From a virus (taxonomy: Duplodnaviria; Caudoviricetes), in the IMG/VR virus record IMGVR_UViG_3300021958_000024: a DNA stretch of 64,000 bases; one strand, given 5' to 3'. Below, piece by piece: positions 26,412-36,603 of the stretch; position 1 is the stretch's first letter, and each line of letters begins with the position of its first letter. A model generated the notes under the pieces. The model was not told the origin of the DNA and made no database searches. It saw only the letters and a list, made by a program, of their open reading frames with translations. Position numbers and translations under genes: made by a program.

Positions 26412-27128
26412 ATGCCGTTACCAAAAATTGCAACGCCAACTTATGAACTTGAGTTGCTATCTACAGGAAAAACTGTTAAGTATAGACCTTTCTTGGTAAA
26501 AGAAGAAAAAGTCCTTCTTATTGCTATGGAAAGTGAAGATGTTAAACAGATTACTAATGCACTAAAGCAAGTATTGAAGTCTTGCATCTTAACGAGAGGT
26601 ATTAAAGTTGAAGAACTTCCTACTTTTGATATTGAATATTTGTTTTTAAACATTAGAGGGAAGTCTGTTGGTGAAGAGATTGAAGTAAATCTGATCGCTC
26701 CAGACGACGGAGAAACCTCAGTGTCTGTAACTATAAATGTAGAAGACATTGGTATTGAAAGATCAGAAAATCATGAAAAAACTATCAAACTGGATTCAAA
26801 TCTACGAATGGAGATGAAATATCCATCTCTAGATGAGTTTATTAAAAACAACTTTGATTTTCAAGAGCAAACCTTAGAGCAGTCATTTGATCTTATTGCT
26901 GGTTGTGTAGATAAGATTTATAATGAAGAAGAAGTTTGGTCTTCTGCTGACTGCACTAAAAAAGACATTATTGAGTTCTTGGGTCAAATGAATAGTATTC
27001 AGTTTAAGGCAGTTGATGAGTTTTTCAATACTATGCCAAAACTTTCTCATAAGGTAACTTTTACAAATCCAAATACTGGGGTTGAGAATGTTGTCAAGTT
27101 GGAGGGACTAGCAAGTTTTTTCGGTTAG
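26412..27128 (+). CDS. gp26: Baseplate hub assembly protein gp26
   Basis: MPLPKI.TP.YEL, YRPFLVKEEK.LL.A, FDIEYLFL.IR.KSVGE, LEGL.SFF. Confidence 0.92.
   Translation: MPLPKIATPTYELELLSTGKTVKYRPFLVKEEKVLLIAMESEDVKQITNALKQVLKSCILTRGIKVEELPTFDIEYLFLNIRGKSVGEEIEVNLIAPDDGETSVSVTINVEDIGIERSENHEKTIKLDSNLRMEMKYPSLDEFIKNNFDFQEQTLEQSFDLIAGCVDKIYNEEEVWSSADCTKKDIIEFLGQMNSIQFKAVDEFFNTMPKLSHKVTFTNPNTGVENVVKLEGLASFFG
27101..27122 (+). promoter_or_regulatory. Candidate -1 ribosomal frameshift signal
   Basis: GGAGGG 27101-27106, then T TTT TTC 27116-27122 in the gp26 frame; -1 frame is open into gp51. Confidence 0.6.
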
Positions 27129-27130
27129 GA

Positions 27131-27304
27131 ATGGTTTACATGGATTTAGAAAACTACTTTCAAGTTAGCTTTTCTATGATTCAGTACCATAAATATTCAT
27201 TAACGGAATATGAAAACTTAATGCCTTGGGAAAGAGATATTTACGTTGGAATGTTGATTAATCATTTAGAGGAAGAAAAACTAAAACAACAACAGTCCAC
27301 ATGA
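27131..27304 (+). CDS. gp51: Baseplate hub assembly catalyst gp51-like (57 aa), not in ORF track
   Basis: MVYMDLENYFQVSFSMIQYHKYSLTEYENLMPWERDIYVGMLINHLEEEK: HKYSLTE.EN.MPWER.IY motif. Confidence 0.85.
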   Translation: MVYMDLENYFQVSFSMIQYHKYSLTEYENLMPWERDIYVGMLINHLEEEKLKQQQST

Positions 27305-29205
27305 AGAAAGAAGAAGAACAAAAACTAGATTCTCTTTTAGATAGCATAAGATCCGAAAATAGTGGGTCGAAGAATGTTGTTGTAAAAAAGATTGATCCAA
27401 AAAAACTTTTACCAGATGCTTCCAAAAAAACTACTGGCGATCAAAACTCTGATGATAAGGCGCTTAAGTCCATACAAAAAGAGTTAGTTGAGATAAAAAA
27501 AAGTGTTAATGCTATAGTAGAAGCTTTTAAAAAGCAAAATCAACTTGCTAGATCTTCAATGGAGAGACAAAGGCAAGCAAAAAATACTAAAAGAAAAAAG
27601 GATAGAGAATCGTCTTTAGAATCTAAATCTAATGCAAAACGTGAAGGTGGTAAAATAGAAAAAGCAATATCACCCTTTGCAGAGTTTTTTGAAAAAATAA
27701 TGAACTTTTTCAAGTTCATTCTTCTTGGGGGATTTCTTAAAGGACTTCTTAATATTATAAAAAATCCTAAAATATTATTAAAACCATTACAAAATATTAT
27801 TAATAGTATTGTTGGATTTTTTAATGGTATTATTAAATGGATTGATGATAATGTTATTGGTCCAATAAGAACTCTTATTGATTATATAAATGGCGGAATA
27901 AAAAATGTAGTTAATACTATTAATGATATTATTAAAGCATTACCAAGTTGGTTGCCAAAACCAGACCCAATAGATAATCCGCCAACAATACCACAGATAC
28001 CAAATCTTCCCCAGATACCTGAAGCGACTTTTGCTAATGATCCAGTAAAGACTATACCAGTAGTTGCTCAGTTTGAAGAAGGTGGTGAAGTACAAAATAT
28101 CAATAATTATAACAACGCCAATAACGTCACTAATAGTACAAACAATGTCACTAATAGTACAAACAATGTCACTAATAACACTATTAAGGCTGGATCGACT
28201 GTTCTTCCGAGAAATAGATCTGTCAATGTTAATGACTTGTCATTTGCAAAAGGTGGTCAAATCGAAAATGATACTGGACTTACGATTAGTGGTCTGGGTA
28301 AAGACACTCAGTTGATTGCTGCTCAACCTGGAGAGGTTGTTATTAATGCTAAAGCAGCTGAAAACTTTGGCGTTGATAAGTTATTGACAATCAACGCCAA
28401 ATATGGTGGACCAGTAGCAAACAAACCTAGAGATGTTGCTTCCAATAAGATCAAAGCAATGGCAAGTGGTGGTTATGCTGGTGGAAAGATTAAATACTTT
28501 AGTGTTAATGGTGGAGGAAATAAACTTTTAAACCCTGGTCAAACTTATACTTATTCTGATTTGAGAATGCATCATAGTGGTCCAACTACTAGAAGAACAG
28601 ATGGATATCCAAAAGACTATACACTATTACATGGAACTGATTTATCATCAGCACCTAATGCAGATATTCCAGTACCACTAGATTCTGAAGTTATATTTAA
28701 AGATAAATCTGGGGGATATGGAAGCACTGTAGTTGTCAAGAATGCCACAGGAAATATGCTTTTTGCCCACCTTAGTAGAATGGGCAACTTTGGGGTGGGG
28801 GATAAAATAAAAGCAGGAACTATCATCGGTACTCAAGGAAGTACTGGTGGAAACTATGCTGACCATTTACATATGGATGCAGAACCTGCAGGACATGAAG
28901 CATTTGTTAACTACATTACTTCAGGAAAACCAACGTTCGGATCAACATCTGCAGCAGGCAAATCTTCATCGGGAGAGATTGAGACTGAAATGAGTAGATC
29001 TGGAAGTCTTCAGATTCCATCTGCAGAAAATGTTGATAGTGGAATGAATTTTCTTAGATCTCTTGGACCTATGTCTGGTCAGATGAAATCTGGTGGAAGT
29101 GTAGCAAATACACCGAACCAGAAACCTGTTCCATCATTTAGTTCTATTGATCCTGCTAATCCATCTTTGTTGGTCGTAAAATCTATCTATAATCTTGTAG
29201 GATAA
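27301..29205 (+). CDS. Baseplate hub / tape-measure-like protein with M23 peptidase domain
   Basis: Coiled-coil and amphipathic N-half, PGEVVIN module, GGYG...AHLS...G.TG....HLH M23 motifs. Confidence 0.7.
   Translation: MKKEEEQKLDSLLDSIRSENSGSKNVVVKKIDPKKLLPDASKKTTGDQNSDDKALKSIQKELVEIKKSVNAIVEAFKKQNQLARSSMERQRQAKNTKRKKDRESSLESKSNAKREGGKIEKAISPFAEFFEKIMNFFKFILLGGFLKGLLNIIKNPKILLKPLQNIINSIVGFFNGIIKWIDDNVIGPIRTLIDYINGGIKNVVNTINDIIKALPSWLPKPDPIDNPPTIPQIPNLPQIPEATFANDPVKTIPVVAQFEEGGEVQNINNYNNANNVTNSTNNVTNSTNNVTNNTIKAGSTVLPRNRSVNVNDLSFAKGGQIENDTGLTISGLGKDTQLIAAQPGEVVINAKAAENFGVDKLLTINAKYGGPVANKPRDVASNKIKAMASGGYAGGKIKYFSVNGGGNKLLNPGQTYTYSDLRMHHSGPTTRRTDGYPKDYTLLHGTDLSSAPNADIPVPLDSEVIFKDKSGGYGSTVVVKNATGNMLFAHLSRMGNFGVGDKIKAGTIIGTQGSTGGNYADHLHMDAEPAGHEAFVNYITSGKPTFGSTSAAGKSSSGEIETEMSRSGSLQIPSAENVDSGMNFLRSLGPMSGQMKSGGSVANTPNQKPVPSFSSIDPANPSLLVVKSIYNLVG
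28120..28179 (+). repeat. 21-nt tandem repeat (NNVTNST x ~3)
   Basis: aacaatgtcactaatagtaca units. Confidence 0.85.
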
Positions 29206-32072
29206 TGGCATTACCACAAATACTAGGAGTAGCAGCAAGATTATTAGCAAAAGAGGGGGCGAAAGGTCTTACAAAATCTGCTGCCAAAAAAGTAGTTCAA
29301 GGAAAAGCTAAGAACTTGGCAAGAGAGAATGTAAGACAATATGCCAAGAAAAAGTTGAAAGAGAGGATGGTTTCTGGCGGATCAGGACAATCTGTAGGAC
29401 CAAATATCCAAGAGAAAAAAGTATCAACAGCAAAACTGTTAAACATACCCAAACCTAAAGCACCAAAACTAGGGAAAGGATCTACTGGTAAATCAAAATA
29501 TTCTCCAATATTAAAAGAGTTATCTTCAATAAATCAAGCACTAAAATCACTGCAATCTACTTTAAAAAACTCTCAGAATATTGCAAAAAAAGAAGAAACT
29601 AATAGAAGAATACAACAATCCAGACAAAGATATTCGGATAGGGAATCTTCATTAGAAGATAAAGATTCTGGTAGCGAAAAATCTGAAAAGGAAGAAGAAC
29701 AACAATCTCTTGGATTTTTTGATATAATCAAAAGATTTTTTGGAAATATTTTAGCTGGTGGATTATTAAAGCTACTTCTTAATAACAAGGACAAGATATT
29801 TAAAGGTATCAACCTCGGCATTAAAAACTGGAGGCATATAACCAGATTTTTGCTGGGACCAGAACTTAGAAAACCTTTATCTAAACTATTAAAGTTTACT
29901 GCAAAGTCTTTATTAAATCCTTTTTACCTTCCAGGCAAAATACTTAAAGGTAGTATAAAACTATTAGGTAAAGGTATAAAACTAACCTTTAAGGGAATAG
30001 CGGGTGCAATAAATCTTGCTATAAAATCTGCATTAAAGGTTGCTAAAGGCATTATAGCGTCGATTAAAGCTGGTGCTAAACTTGGAGGAAAATCACTTAG
30101 GTTGGGTGTTAAAGGTGCTCAAGCAGCAGCTAGATTTGGTAGATCTGCTCTAAGATTTGGTAATAGAGCAGCTAAAGCATTTACTGGTGCTTTGAAGGGT
30201 GGACAAGGATTGAAAGGAGCAACTCAGGCAGTTGGAACTGCCTCTCAAAGATCTGCTCGTCAATCTGCTGCAATAAGGGCACAAGCACAAAAGGCAAAGG
30301 AAGCAAAACAAGCAGCGGAAAAAGCAAAGAAAGCGAAAGAAGCAGCAGATAAAGCAAAGAAAGCAAAAGAAGCAGCGGAAAAAGCAAAGAAAGCGAAAGA
30401 AGCGGCAGCTGCAGCACAAAAGGCAAAAGCAGCATCTAGTGCAGCAACAACTGCTGGAACTGTTGCTAAAGCAGCTAGAAGATCTATAAGAATACCTATT
30501 ATTGGTCCACTTCTAGTTGCACTTGACTCTTGGTTAAGTGGAGATCCACCAAGTCAAACATTGTTCAAAGCTGGTGGCGCTGCTATTGGTGGATTACTTG
30601 GAAACTTTATTCCCATTCCTATTTTAGGAATGATGCTTGGTGAATATATTGGTGAGTATGTTGGTAATCTATTTTATTATGGTATCAAAACTCCAGGTGG
30701 TTGGAAAAAGGCGGGTGAGATTTTATTTGATGATTTAAAGAAGGCATTTAATACTGGTAAACAAGTTCTAGATTGGTTGGGTAAAGGTGTTACCCGTTAT
30801 GTAACTAACTGGCCAAAACTAAGAATCCCAAATCCAGCTATTCCTGGTCCATTAAGAGCGGCATTAGAAGCAGCTACATTATGGAGATCTGGTAAGTTTG
30901 AAGGGATGCATGATTTCTTAGGTAAGTTTCCTTTAAGTCCGTTTAAGTTTATTTCTGATAATCAGTGGTTTGGAAACAAGAAAGGTAAGTTCTCACATAT
31001 TCCAGATCCTTCATTTATGGTTAGAGATCCTGTGGCATTTCTTAAGCATGTTAAAAACTCATTTATGGGAACTTCTAACGAAAAACCAAACTATACACCA
31101 CCACCATTAGGTGATATGAAACTTCCTGGTGATGGAAGTGCAACTCAACCATCGGGAAGTGATGGCAATACACCAAATCCAGCTGCAGGTTTAGATACAA
31201 GACTTAGTGTTGGTACTGGGGAGTTTGGTGAAGGACCACTTATTAAAGCAGCAACTGCTACTGGAATCAAAGGAAAAGAACTTGCTGCTTTCTTAGCACA
31301 AATGTCTCATGAAACTGGAGGTTTTCAGTTCCCTAGAGAGTTGAGTGGAGGAGCATCGCATTATGGTGGTGGTGGTCCTTGGACAGCGCCTAATGGAAAA
31401 ACTTATAAAGCAAAGTTCCATGGTAGAGGTTATGTTCAACTAACACATGACTACAACTATGAAAAATATGGAAAAATGTTTGGTGTTGACTTGCTAAGCA
31501 ATCCAGATCTTGCAATGGATGGTGAACTTGCTGCTAAGATCGCAGTTGCTTATTGGAAGTCAACTGTCAGACCTGTAGTAAATGGTAACTGGGATAATGT
31601 ATTTTTACATTCAAAAGCGATCAACTATCCTGCTGCGACTAGAGAAGATCAAGTTAATGGGATGGAAGATAGAAAAGCAAAATATAGAAAATACGTCGAA
31701 AAGTTAAATGCTGGTAAGATAACAACACCTGAAGCAACTCCTAAATCACCTACAGTTCCTTCGCCAGAGCAACAAGATAATGAAACTGAAAACCCTCGCA
31801 GAGCAACTGATAAACTAAATCAATCTACTTCATCTGCGTTAAGTATGTCTTCTCCTTCGCAAAAAATGGATACTAGCGTATTGAGTCAAAAAGCATCTTA
31901 TGAACAAAAACGTGGTGGAATGACTGTACTACCTCTTCCTATGGGAAATGGCGGTGGAGATTCTTTTGGTGGAGGATCTTCAGTTTTACCATTACCTCCA
32001 GGATCTACATCTAAGATGTTAAATAGTTATTATAAAAGTCAACTCTTAGGCAACTTGTATAAAAACGGATAA
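29205..32072 (+). CDS. Tape-measure/hub-like protein with GH19 (chitinase/lysozyme-like) domain
   Basis: Basic Ala/Lys-rich helices; AAFLAQMSHETGGF...HGRGYVQLT..YNY...G. Confidence 0.75.
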   Translation: MALPQILGVAARLLAKEGAKGLTKSAAKKVVQGKAKNLARENVRQYAKKKLKERMVSGGSGQSVGPNIQEKKVSTAKLLNIPKPKAPKLGKGSTGKSKYSPILKELSSINQALKSLQSTLKNSQNIAKKEETNRRIQQSRQRYSDRESSLEDKDSGSEKSEKEEEQQSLGFFDIIKRFFGNILAGGLLKLLLNNKDKIFKGINLGIKNWRHITRFLLGPELRKPLSKLLKFTAKSLLNPFYLPGKILKGSIKLLGKGIKLTFKGIAGAINLAIKSALKVAKGIIASIKAGAKLGGKSLRLGVKGAQAAARFGRSALRFGNRAAKAFTGALKGGQGLKGATQAVGTASQRSARQSAAIRAQAQKAKEAKQAAEKAKKAKEAADKAKKAKEAAEKAKKAKEAAAAAQKAKAASSAATTAGTVAKAARRSIRIPIIGPLLVALDSWLSGDPPSQTLFKAGGAAIGGLLGNFIPIPILGMMLGEYIGEYVGNLFYYGIKTPGGWKKAGEILFDDLKKAFNTGKQVLDWLGKGVTRYVTNWPKLRIPNPAIPGPLRAALEAATLWRSGKFEGMHDFLGKFPLSPFKFISDNQWFGNKKGKFSHIPDPSFMVRDPVAFLKHVKNSFMGTSNEKPNYTPPPLGDMKLPGDGSATQPSGSDGNTPNPAAGLDTRLSVGTGEFGEGPLIKAATATGIKGKELAAFLAQMSHETGGFQFPRELSGGASHYGGGGPWTAPNGKTYKAKFHGRGYVQLTHDYNYEKYGKMFGVDLLSNPDLAMDGELAAKIAVAYWKSTVRPVVNGNWDNVFLHSKAINYPAATREDQVNGMEDRKAKYRKYVEKLNAGKITTPEATPKSPTVPSPEQQDNETENPRRATDKLNQSTSSALSMSSPSQKMDTSVLSQKASYEQKRGGMTVLPLPMGNGGGDSFGGGSSVLPLPPGSTSKMLNSYYKSQLLGNLYKNG
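30294..30413 (+). repeat. 30-nt tandem repeat (AKKAKEAAEK x 4)
   Basis: gcaaagaaagcgaaagaagcagcggaaaaa-like units. Confidence 0.85.
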
Positions 32073-33373
32073 TGGAAAATAAAGACGTACTATCTGGTAA
32101 TATTGAAAAGTTTCTTATAACAAGTTTTAAGACCAATGCGTCTATTGATATTAGTGCTGGCATAACCGACTTAAGATACTATGAAAATATTTTATCCAAT
32201 ACTATAAGTTTGTCTGTTGTATTTACAGACACTGGATATAAGCAAAATTCTAATGTTAAAGAATCTATATCAGTTTTAGATGGATTGCCATTAAGAGGTG
32301 GAGAAGAAGTTGATATAGTCATAGAAGATGCGAAGGATAATCCAACAAGGTTAAAACTAAAACTTTATGTTAATAGAGTTAAAAGTGTAAACTCTAACAC
32401 CAATACTGAAACTTATATAATCGATTTTTGCAGCGCAGAGACATTTGCCAACGAACAAAGTAGAGTAGTTGAAAGATATAGTGGTAAGATTTCTGAGAAT
32501 GTTAAAACTATTTTAACCGATAAACTAAAGACTAATAAAAATATTATTCTTGATGATACTCTTGTTGATTATGAGTTTATTGGTAATGATAGAAAACCGC
32601 TTCATGTTTGTACTTGGTTAGCATCAAGATCAGTTCCTTCTGGATATGGCAAAAAGAATGCCTCTGCTGGTTACTTTTTATATGAAACATCAGACGCATT
32701 TAACTTTAGATCTATTGATGGACTAATGAGTCAAAAACCAAAGAATCAATATGTTTACAGTGATACTGCTGAAAAGAAAGATGGTTTTGAGAAAGTTTTA
32801 TCATATGGTATTGATAGAAATATTGACTTGCAGGAGCAACTAATACTTGGATCTTACGCTAATAGATCAATATTCTTTGACTTTTATGCTATGGATTATG
32901 AGGTTAGAAACTATAGTGTCGATTCAGATCAAAATGGAAAAGCAGTAAACCTTGGAAAGGATGAAAATAATCATGTTGCAGATCAGTTTAGACAACCGAT
33001 ATCGAGATTAATGTCACATATTCTTGATGTTGGAACTCTTCCTCCAGGTAAAACTCCAGTATCTCAGTTAGAAAACTGGAAAACTAGTCCATTAAATCCA
33101 ACTTATGATGTCAAAACCACAATGGTTCAATCAGTCATGAGATATAATCAAATGTTCTCTATTAAGATAAATATAGTAGTAGCTGGAGATTTTGGTTTAA
33201 AGTCAGGAGATGTAGTTTATTTTGAGTTCCCTCAAGTAAAAGCGGGAGATCCTGATGTTGATGTGTTGTCTTCTGGCAAATATGTTATTTCCAGTTTATG
33301 TCACAGAATAACTTCTGCCGACACATTTACTAGTATGACGCTAGTAAGGGATACATTTAGAAAACAAAAGTAA
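32072..33373 (+). CDS. Baseplate hub protein (gp27-like tail protein)
   Basis: YYE.I....I, LP.RGGE, GY..YET...F.FRSID.L, SGKY.I..L.H; position before gp5. Confidence 0.7.
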   Translation: MENKDVLSGNIEKFLITSFKTNASIDISAGITDLRYYENILSNTISLSVVFTDTGYKQNSNVKESISVLDGLPLRGGEEVDIVIEDAKDNPTRLKLKLYVNRVKSVNSNTNTETYIIDFCSAETFANEQSRVVERYSGKISENVKTILTDKLKTNKNIILDDTLVDYEFIGNDRKPLHVCTWLASRSVPSGYGKKNASAGYFLYETSDAFNFRSIDGLMSQKPKNQYVYSDTAEKKDGFEKVLSYGIDRNIDLQEQLILGSYANRSIFFDFYAMDYEVRNYSVDSDQNGKAVNLGKDENNHVADQFRQPISRLMSHILDVGTLPPGKTPVSQLENWKTSPLNPTYDVKTTMVQSVMRYNQMFSIKINIVVAGDFGLKSGDVVYFEFPQVKAGDPDVDVLSSGKYVISSLCHRITSADTFTSMTLVRDTFRKQK

Positions 33374-33383
33374 GGAGGAACAA

Positions 33384-33599
33384 ATGGAAAAGTCAATCGA
33401 AGATCATATTGAAAAGGATAAAAAAATCCTTGAAAATCCAATGATCTCTCCACAAATGAGAAGACACACCCAAGATGAGCTGGAACATCTGGAGTTGTAT
33501 CATAAAAATCATCCCGAAGACCATCATGATCCAACAGCATTAGAAATGTATTGTGACGAAAATCCAGATGCTAACGAATGTAGAATTTACGAAGACTGA
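33384..33599 (+). CDS. cp12: Calvin cycle inhibitor CP12
   Basis: C-terminal YCDENPDANECRIYED motif. Confidence 0.92.
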   Translation: MEKSIEDHIEKDKKILENPMISPQMRRHTQDELEHLELYHKNHPEDHHDPTALEMYCDENPDANECRIYED

Positions 33600-35983
33600 T
33601 GATTCAAGAAGGGTTTTTAAAAAGTCAGCAAGTAGGACGTGACGGATTTGTATGGTGGATTGGTCAAGTTGTTCTTGAAGATCAGTGGGTAGTTAATATT
33701 CCTGGTCGTAGAACTGCTACCACTTCAGATCACTTGGGATTTGATTATAGATACAAAGTTCGTATTATGGGATACCATACTGCGGATGTTCAAGCACTTC
33801 CCGATGAAGATCTTCCTTGGGCAGGTGTAATGCTTCCTGTAACTGCAGGAACTGGTAATGGTGGAGCTTCTCAAACACCAAGCATTAGGCAAGGTGACTT
33901 TTGCTATGGTTTTTTCTTAGATGGTGAAAATGCTCAACATCCAATCATTATGGGTTTGATTGGATACAATCAATATGTTTCTATTAGCAAACTTCCTGCT
34001 GCTGCCTTTCAACCTTTCAGTGGATATACCAGTAGAGATCTTATCGCAAGGTATAACTTAAATGTTGTACAAGAACCCGCAAAAGCACAACAAAACCCAG
34101 AAGGAGTAACACAACAGCAAGGGCAAGAAATAAATCCACAAGTTAATAACTCCAATATTCCAAAAAAGGATGGCGCTTCTGCTGAGCAAGCAATTGATGG
34201 ATATGAAGCTGAGTATTTAGATTCTGAATGTGAACCAATCGCTATAAGCAAAATGCAAAGGGATATTAAAAATGCAATCCAAAAAATTGAAAAATATAAA
34301 AAAACACTATCAAAATGGGAGAATGCTGTATCTACAAAAGTAAATGACATTAGAAATGATCTAAGCACCACAAATGTAACTAACTTTCTTGACAATCTTA
34401 TTCAGTTTGAGATTGATGGATCAACAAAATCTCTTAGCGAAGTAATAAAATGGGTTTTTGTAGAATCACAAAAGTTTGTTACTAAAAAAATAAATGACGC
34501 TGCTAAAGTATCTTATTTCAATCTATTTCCAAATCAAAGACCACAATTAAAAGAAGGTATTGAGAAAGCTAGTGAAGCGGTAGTTTGTCTTTTTAGAAAC
34601 TTAATATCCAATCTGTTAAAAATGATTGGTAACTTCTTAAAAGATTCTTTGAATAAGTTTGTAAATGTTCCTCTTTGTGCCGTTGAAAATCTATTGGGAG
34701 GAATTTTTGGTGCTATCACTGGTCTTATTAATGGTGCATTAAATAATATTTTAGAACCTATTGCATCTTTACTTGGAAACGCTTTTGATATTGCTGGAGA
34801 TGTTCTAGACTTTATTACTGAACTTTTATCATTTATTCTTTGTGACGAAAAACCAGATTGCGCTAAAACAACCGAATGGAGTATATGGGATGGTCCAGAA
34901 CCATCTGCAAATCTAGACGTTGCTTCTATTGTTGATAAAGTTAAAGGTATTGCATCTGCTGTTTCTAACTTTGATATTGATCTAGATTTTATTGGAGACG
35001 TAAATCTTGCTGGAATAATTGATAATGTTGCAGGTTGCTTTACTGGTCCTATCTTGTGTGGTCCTCCCACTGTGACTATCTTCGGTGGTGGTGGTTCTGG
35101 GGCGACTGCAAATGCAATCGTTAGCGGTGCAGGAAAACTGATTGGTGCTGATATTACTGTACCTGGATCTGGATATACTTCTGCACCATTTGTTAAGTTC
35201 CAAGATAACTGTGGAAAAGGTAAAGGTGGATTTGGAAGAAGTAAAATAGATGATCAAGGACGTGTTGCAAGTATTCAAATAGTTACCTCTGGAACTGGAT
35301 ATTTACCTACATTTGACGGAAGTTATGGTGGTGATGGAAGAACTTGGGCAGATAAAGATGATACGATTGTTCAGAGAGCAGATGGAACTTGGGATTCTCC
35401 TTATGGACCAGGAGAAGAAGTTATATTAAATCCAGGAGATCAGGTTCTTTTCCCTGGAAATGATACATATGAAGAGATTACTGATGGATCAGTAGTAGTT
35501 ACACCTCAACAACAGGATCAAGAACAACAGGATCAAGAACTAGTTGAACCTATTTCAAGTGATGGATCAGTAGTAGTTACACCTCAACAACAGGATCAAG
35601 AACAACAGGATCAAGAACTAGTTGAACCTATTTCAAGTGATGGTCAATATCCAGTTGTTTTAGAGTTGATTGATGTTATTATAGATAGTCCAGGATATTC
35701 TTATAGTATTTCAGATGAAATAACTGTAACACCAGATAATGGTGTCAGAATATTCCCAATAATCAGTCCTATCGGATCTATTATTGGTGTAACAGTGGCA
35801 AGTGGTGGATTTGGATTCACAGACATTCCTGAGATAACAATTAGTTCTCAAACAGGATTTAATGCAAGACTTACTCCAGTACTAGGAACTAAGTTTGTTG
35901 GTGAGCAAGAGATTTCTGAGATTGATGATCCAGAAATCATAACAAAAGTGGTAACTGTAGTTGATTGTGTAGGTAGATTCTAA
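33599..35983 (+). CDS. gp5: Baseplate hub/puncturing protein gp5 (N-terminal OB-fold; no lysozyme domain recognised)
   Basis: F.WWIGQV, RYKVRIMGYH, DLPWA.V..P.T, GFFLDG..AQ.P.IMG. Confidence 0.85.
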   Translation: MIQEGFLKSQQVGRDGFVWWIGQVVLEDQWVVNIPGRRTATTSDHLGFDYRYKVRIMGYHTADVQALPDEDLPWAGVMLPVTAGTGNGGASQTPSIRQGDFCYGFFLDGENAQHPIIMGLIGYNQYVSISKLPAAAFQPFSGYTSRDLIARYNLNVVQEPAKAQQNPEGVTQQQGQEINPQVNNSNIPKKDGASAEQAIDGYEAEYLDSECEPIAISKMQRDIKNAIQKIEKYKKTLSKWENAVSTKVNDIRNDLSTTNVTNFLDNLIQFEIDGSTKSLSEVIKWVFVESQKFVTKKINDAAKVSYFNLFPNQRPQLKEGIEKASEAVVCLFRNLISNLLKMIGNFLKDSLNKFVNVPLCAVENLLGGIFGAITGLINGALNNILEPIASLLGNAFDIAGDVLDFITELLSFILCDEKPDCAKTTEWSIWDGPEPSANLDVASIVDKVKGIASAVSNFDIDLDFIGDVNLAGIIDNVAGCFTGPILCGPPTVTIFGGGGSGATANAIVSGAGKLIGADITVPGSGYTSAPFVKFQDNCGKGKGGFGRSKIDDQGRVASIQIVTSGTGYLPTFDGSYGGDGRTWADKDDTIVQRADGTWDSPYGPGEEVILNPGDQVLFPGNDTYEEITDGSVVVTPQQQDQEQQDQELVEPISSDGSVVVTPQQQDQEQQDQELVEPISSDGQYPVVLELIDVIIDSPGYSYSISDEITVTPDNGVRIFPIISPIGSIIGVTVASGGFGFTDIPEITISSQTGFNARLTPVLGTKFVGEQEISEIDDPEIITKVVTVVDCVGRF
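35482..35643 (+). repeat. Exact 78-nt tandem duplication in gp5
   Basis: gatggatcagtagtagttacacct...cctatttcaagt at 35483 and 35561 (DGSVVVTPQQQDQEQQDQELVEPISS x2). Confidence 0.95.
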
Positions 35984-36603
35984 TGGCAGAACCAGTACGT
36001 TGCTACCATACTATTAGATATGGTAATGATCATGGAGAAATAATTTTTGGACACGTTCATGACGATGAGATTATTTCTGGTTGTCAGATTAGAACTGCAA
36101 ATGATGGTGGGCGTCATTATATAACTATGGATAGTTCTGGTCTTTCTGAGACTGGTAGAAAAGGTGGAACTATAATGTCATCACCAGGATCCACTCAGAT
36201 TGTTTGTGGTATGGATGTCGCAAAAGAAATACCAGCATTTATTACAATAGCGAAAAATGGTGATATTGTTTTTAAAGCAAAACGGGGAAGGATCAGATTT
36301 ATAGCAGAAAATATTGATTTGATTGCTAGTGGATCTGATGGAAAAAATGGTAGAATCTTACTAAAAGGTAATGAAAAGGTTAGTATTAAAACTCAAATGT
36401 TTGATGTTGATGCTAATGCTTCGTGTAAAATAGTTTCAGAAAATACTGTAGATATTATAGGAAAATCTATATTAAATGTTTATGGTGGTTTAATAGATTT
36501 TGCTGATGGAGCAACATCTATTAAAGGAGGAAAAGCATTGGGTGGATCATTCCCATTCAGTAATGAAATTAAAAACTCACCTATTATTGGAGACTTTTTA
36601 TAA
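35983..36603 (+). CDS. gp5 C-terminal beta-helix-like spike protein
   Basis: Beta-rich NGDI...A..G.I...A.NI.L repeats; follows gp5. Confidence 0.6.
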   Translation: MAEPVRCYHTIRYGNDHGEIIFGHVHDDEIISGCQIRTANDGGRHYITMDSSGLSETGRKGGTIMSSPGSTQIVCGMDVAKEIPAFITIAKNGDIVFKAKRGRIRFIAENIDLIASGSDGKNGRILLKGNEKVSIKTQMFDVDANASCKIVSENTVDIIGKSILNVYGGLIDFADGATSIKGGKALGGSFPFSNEIKNSPIIGDFL

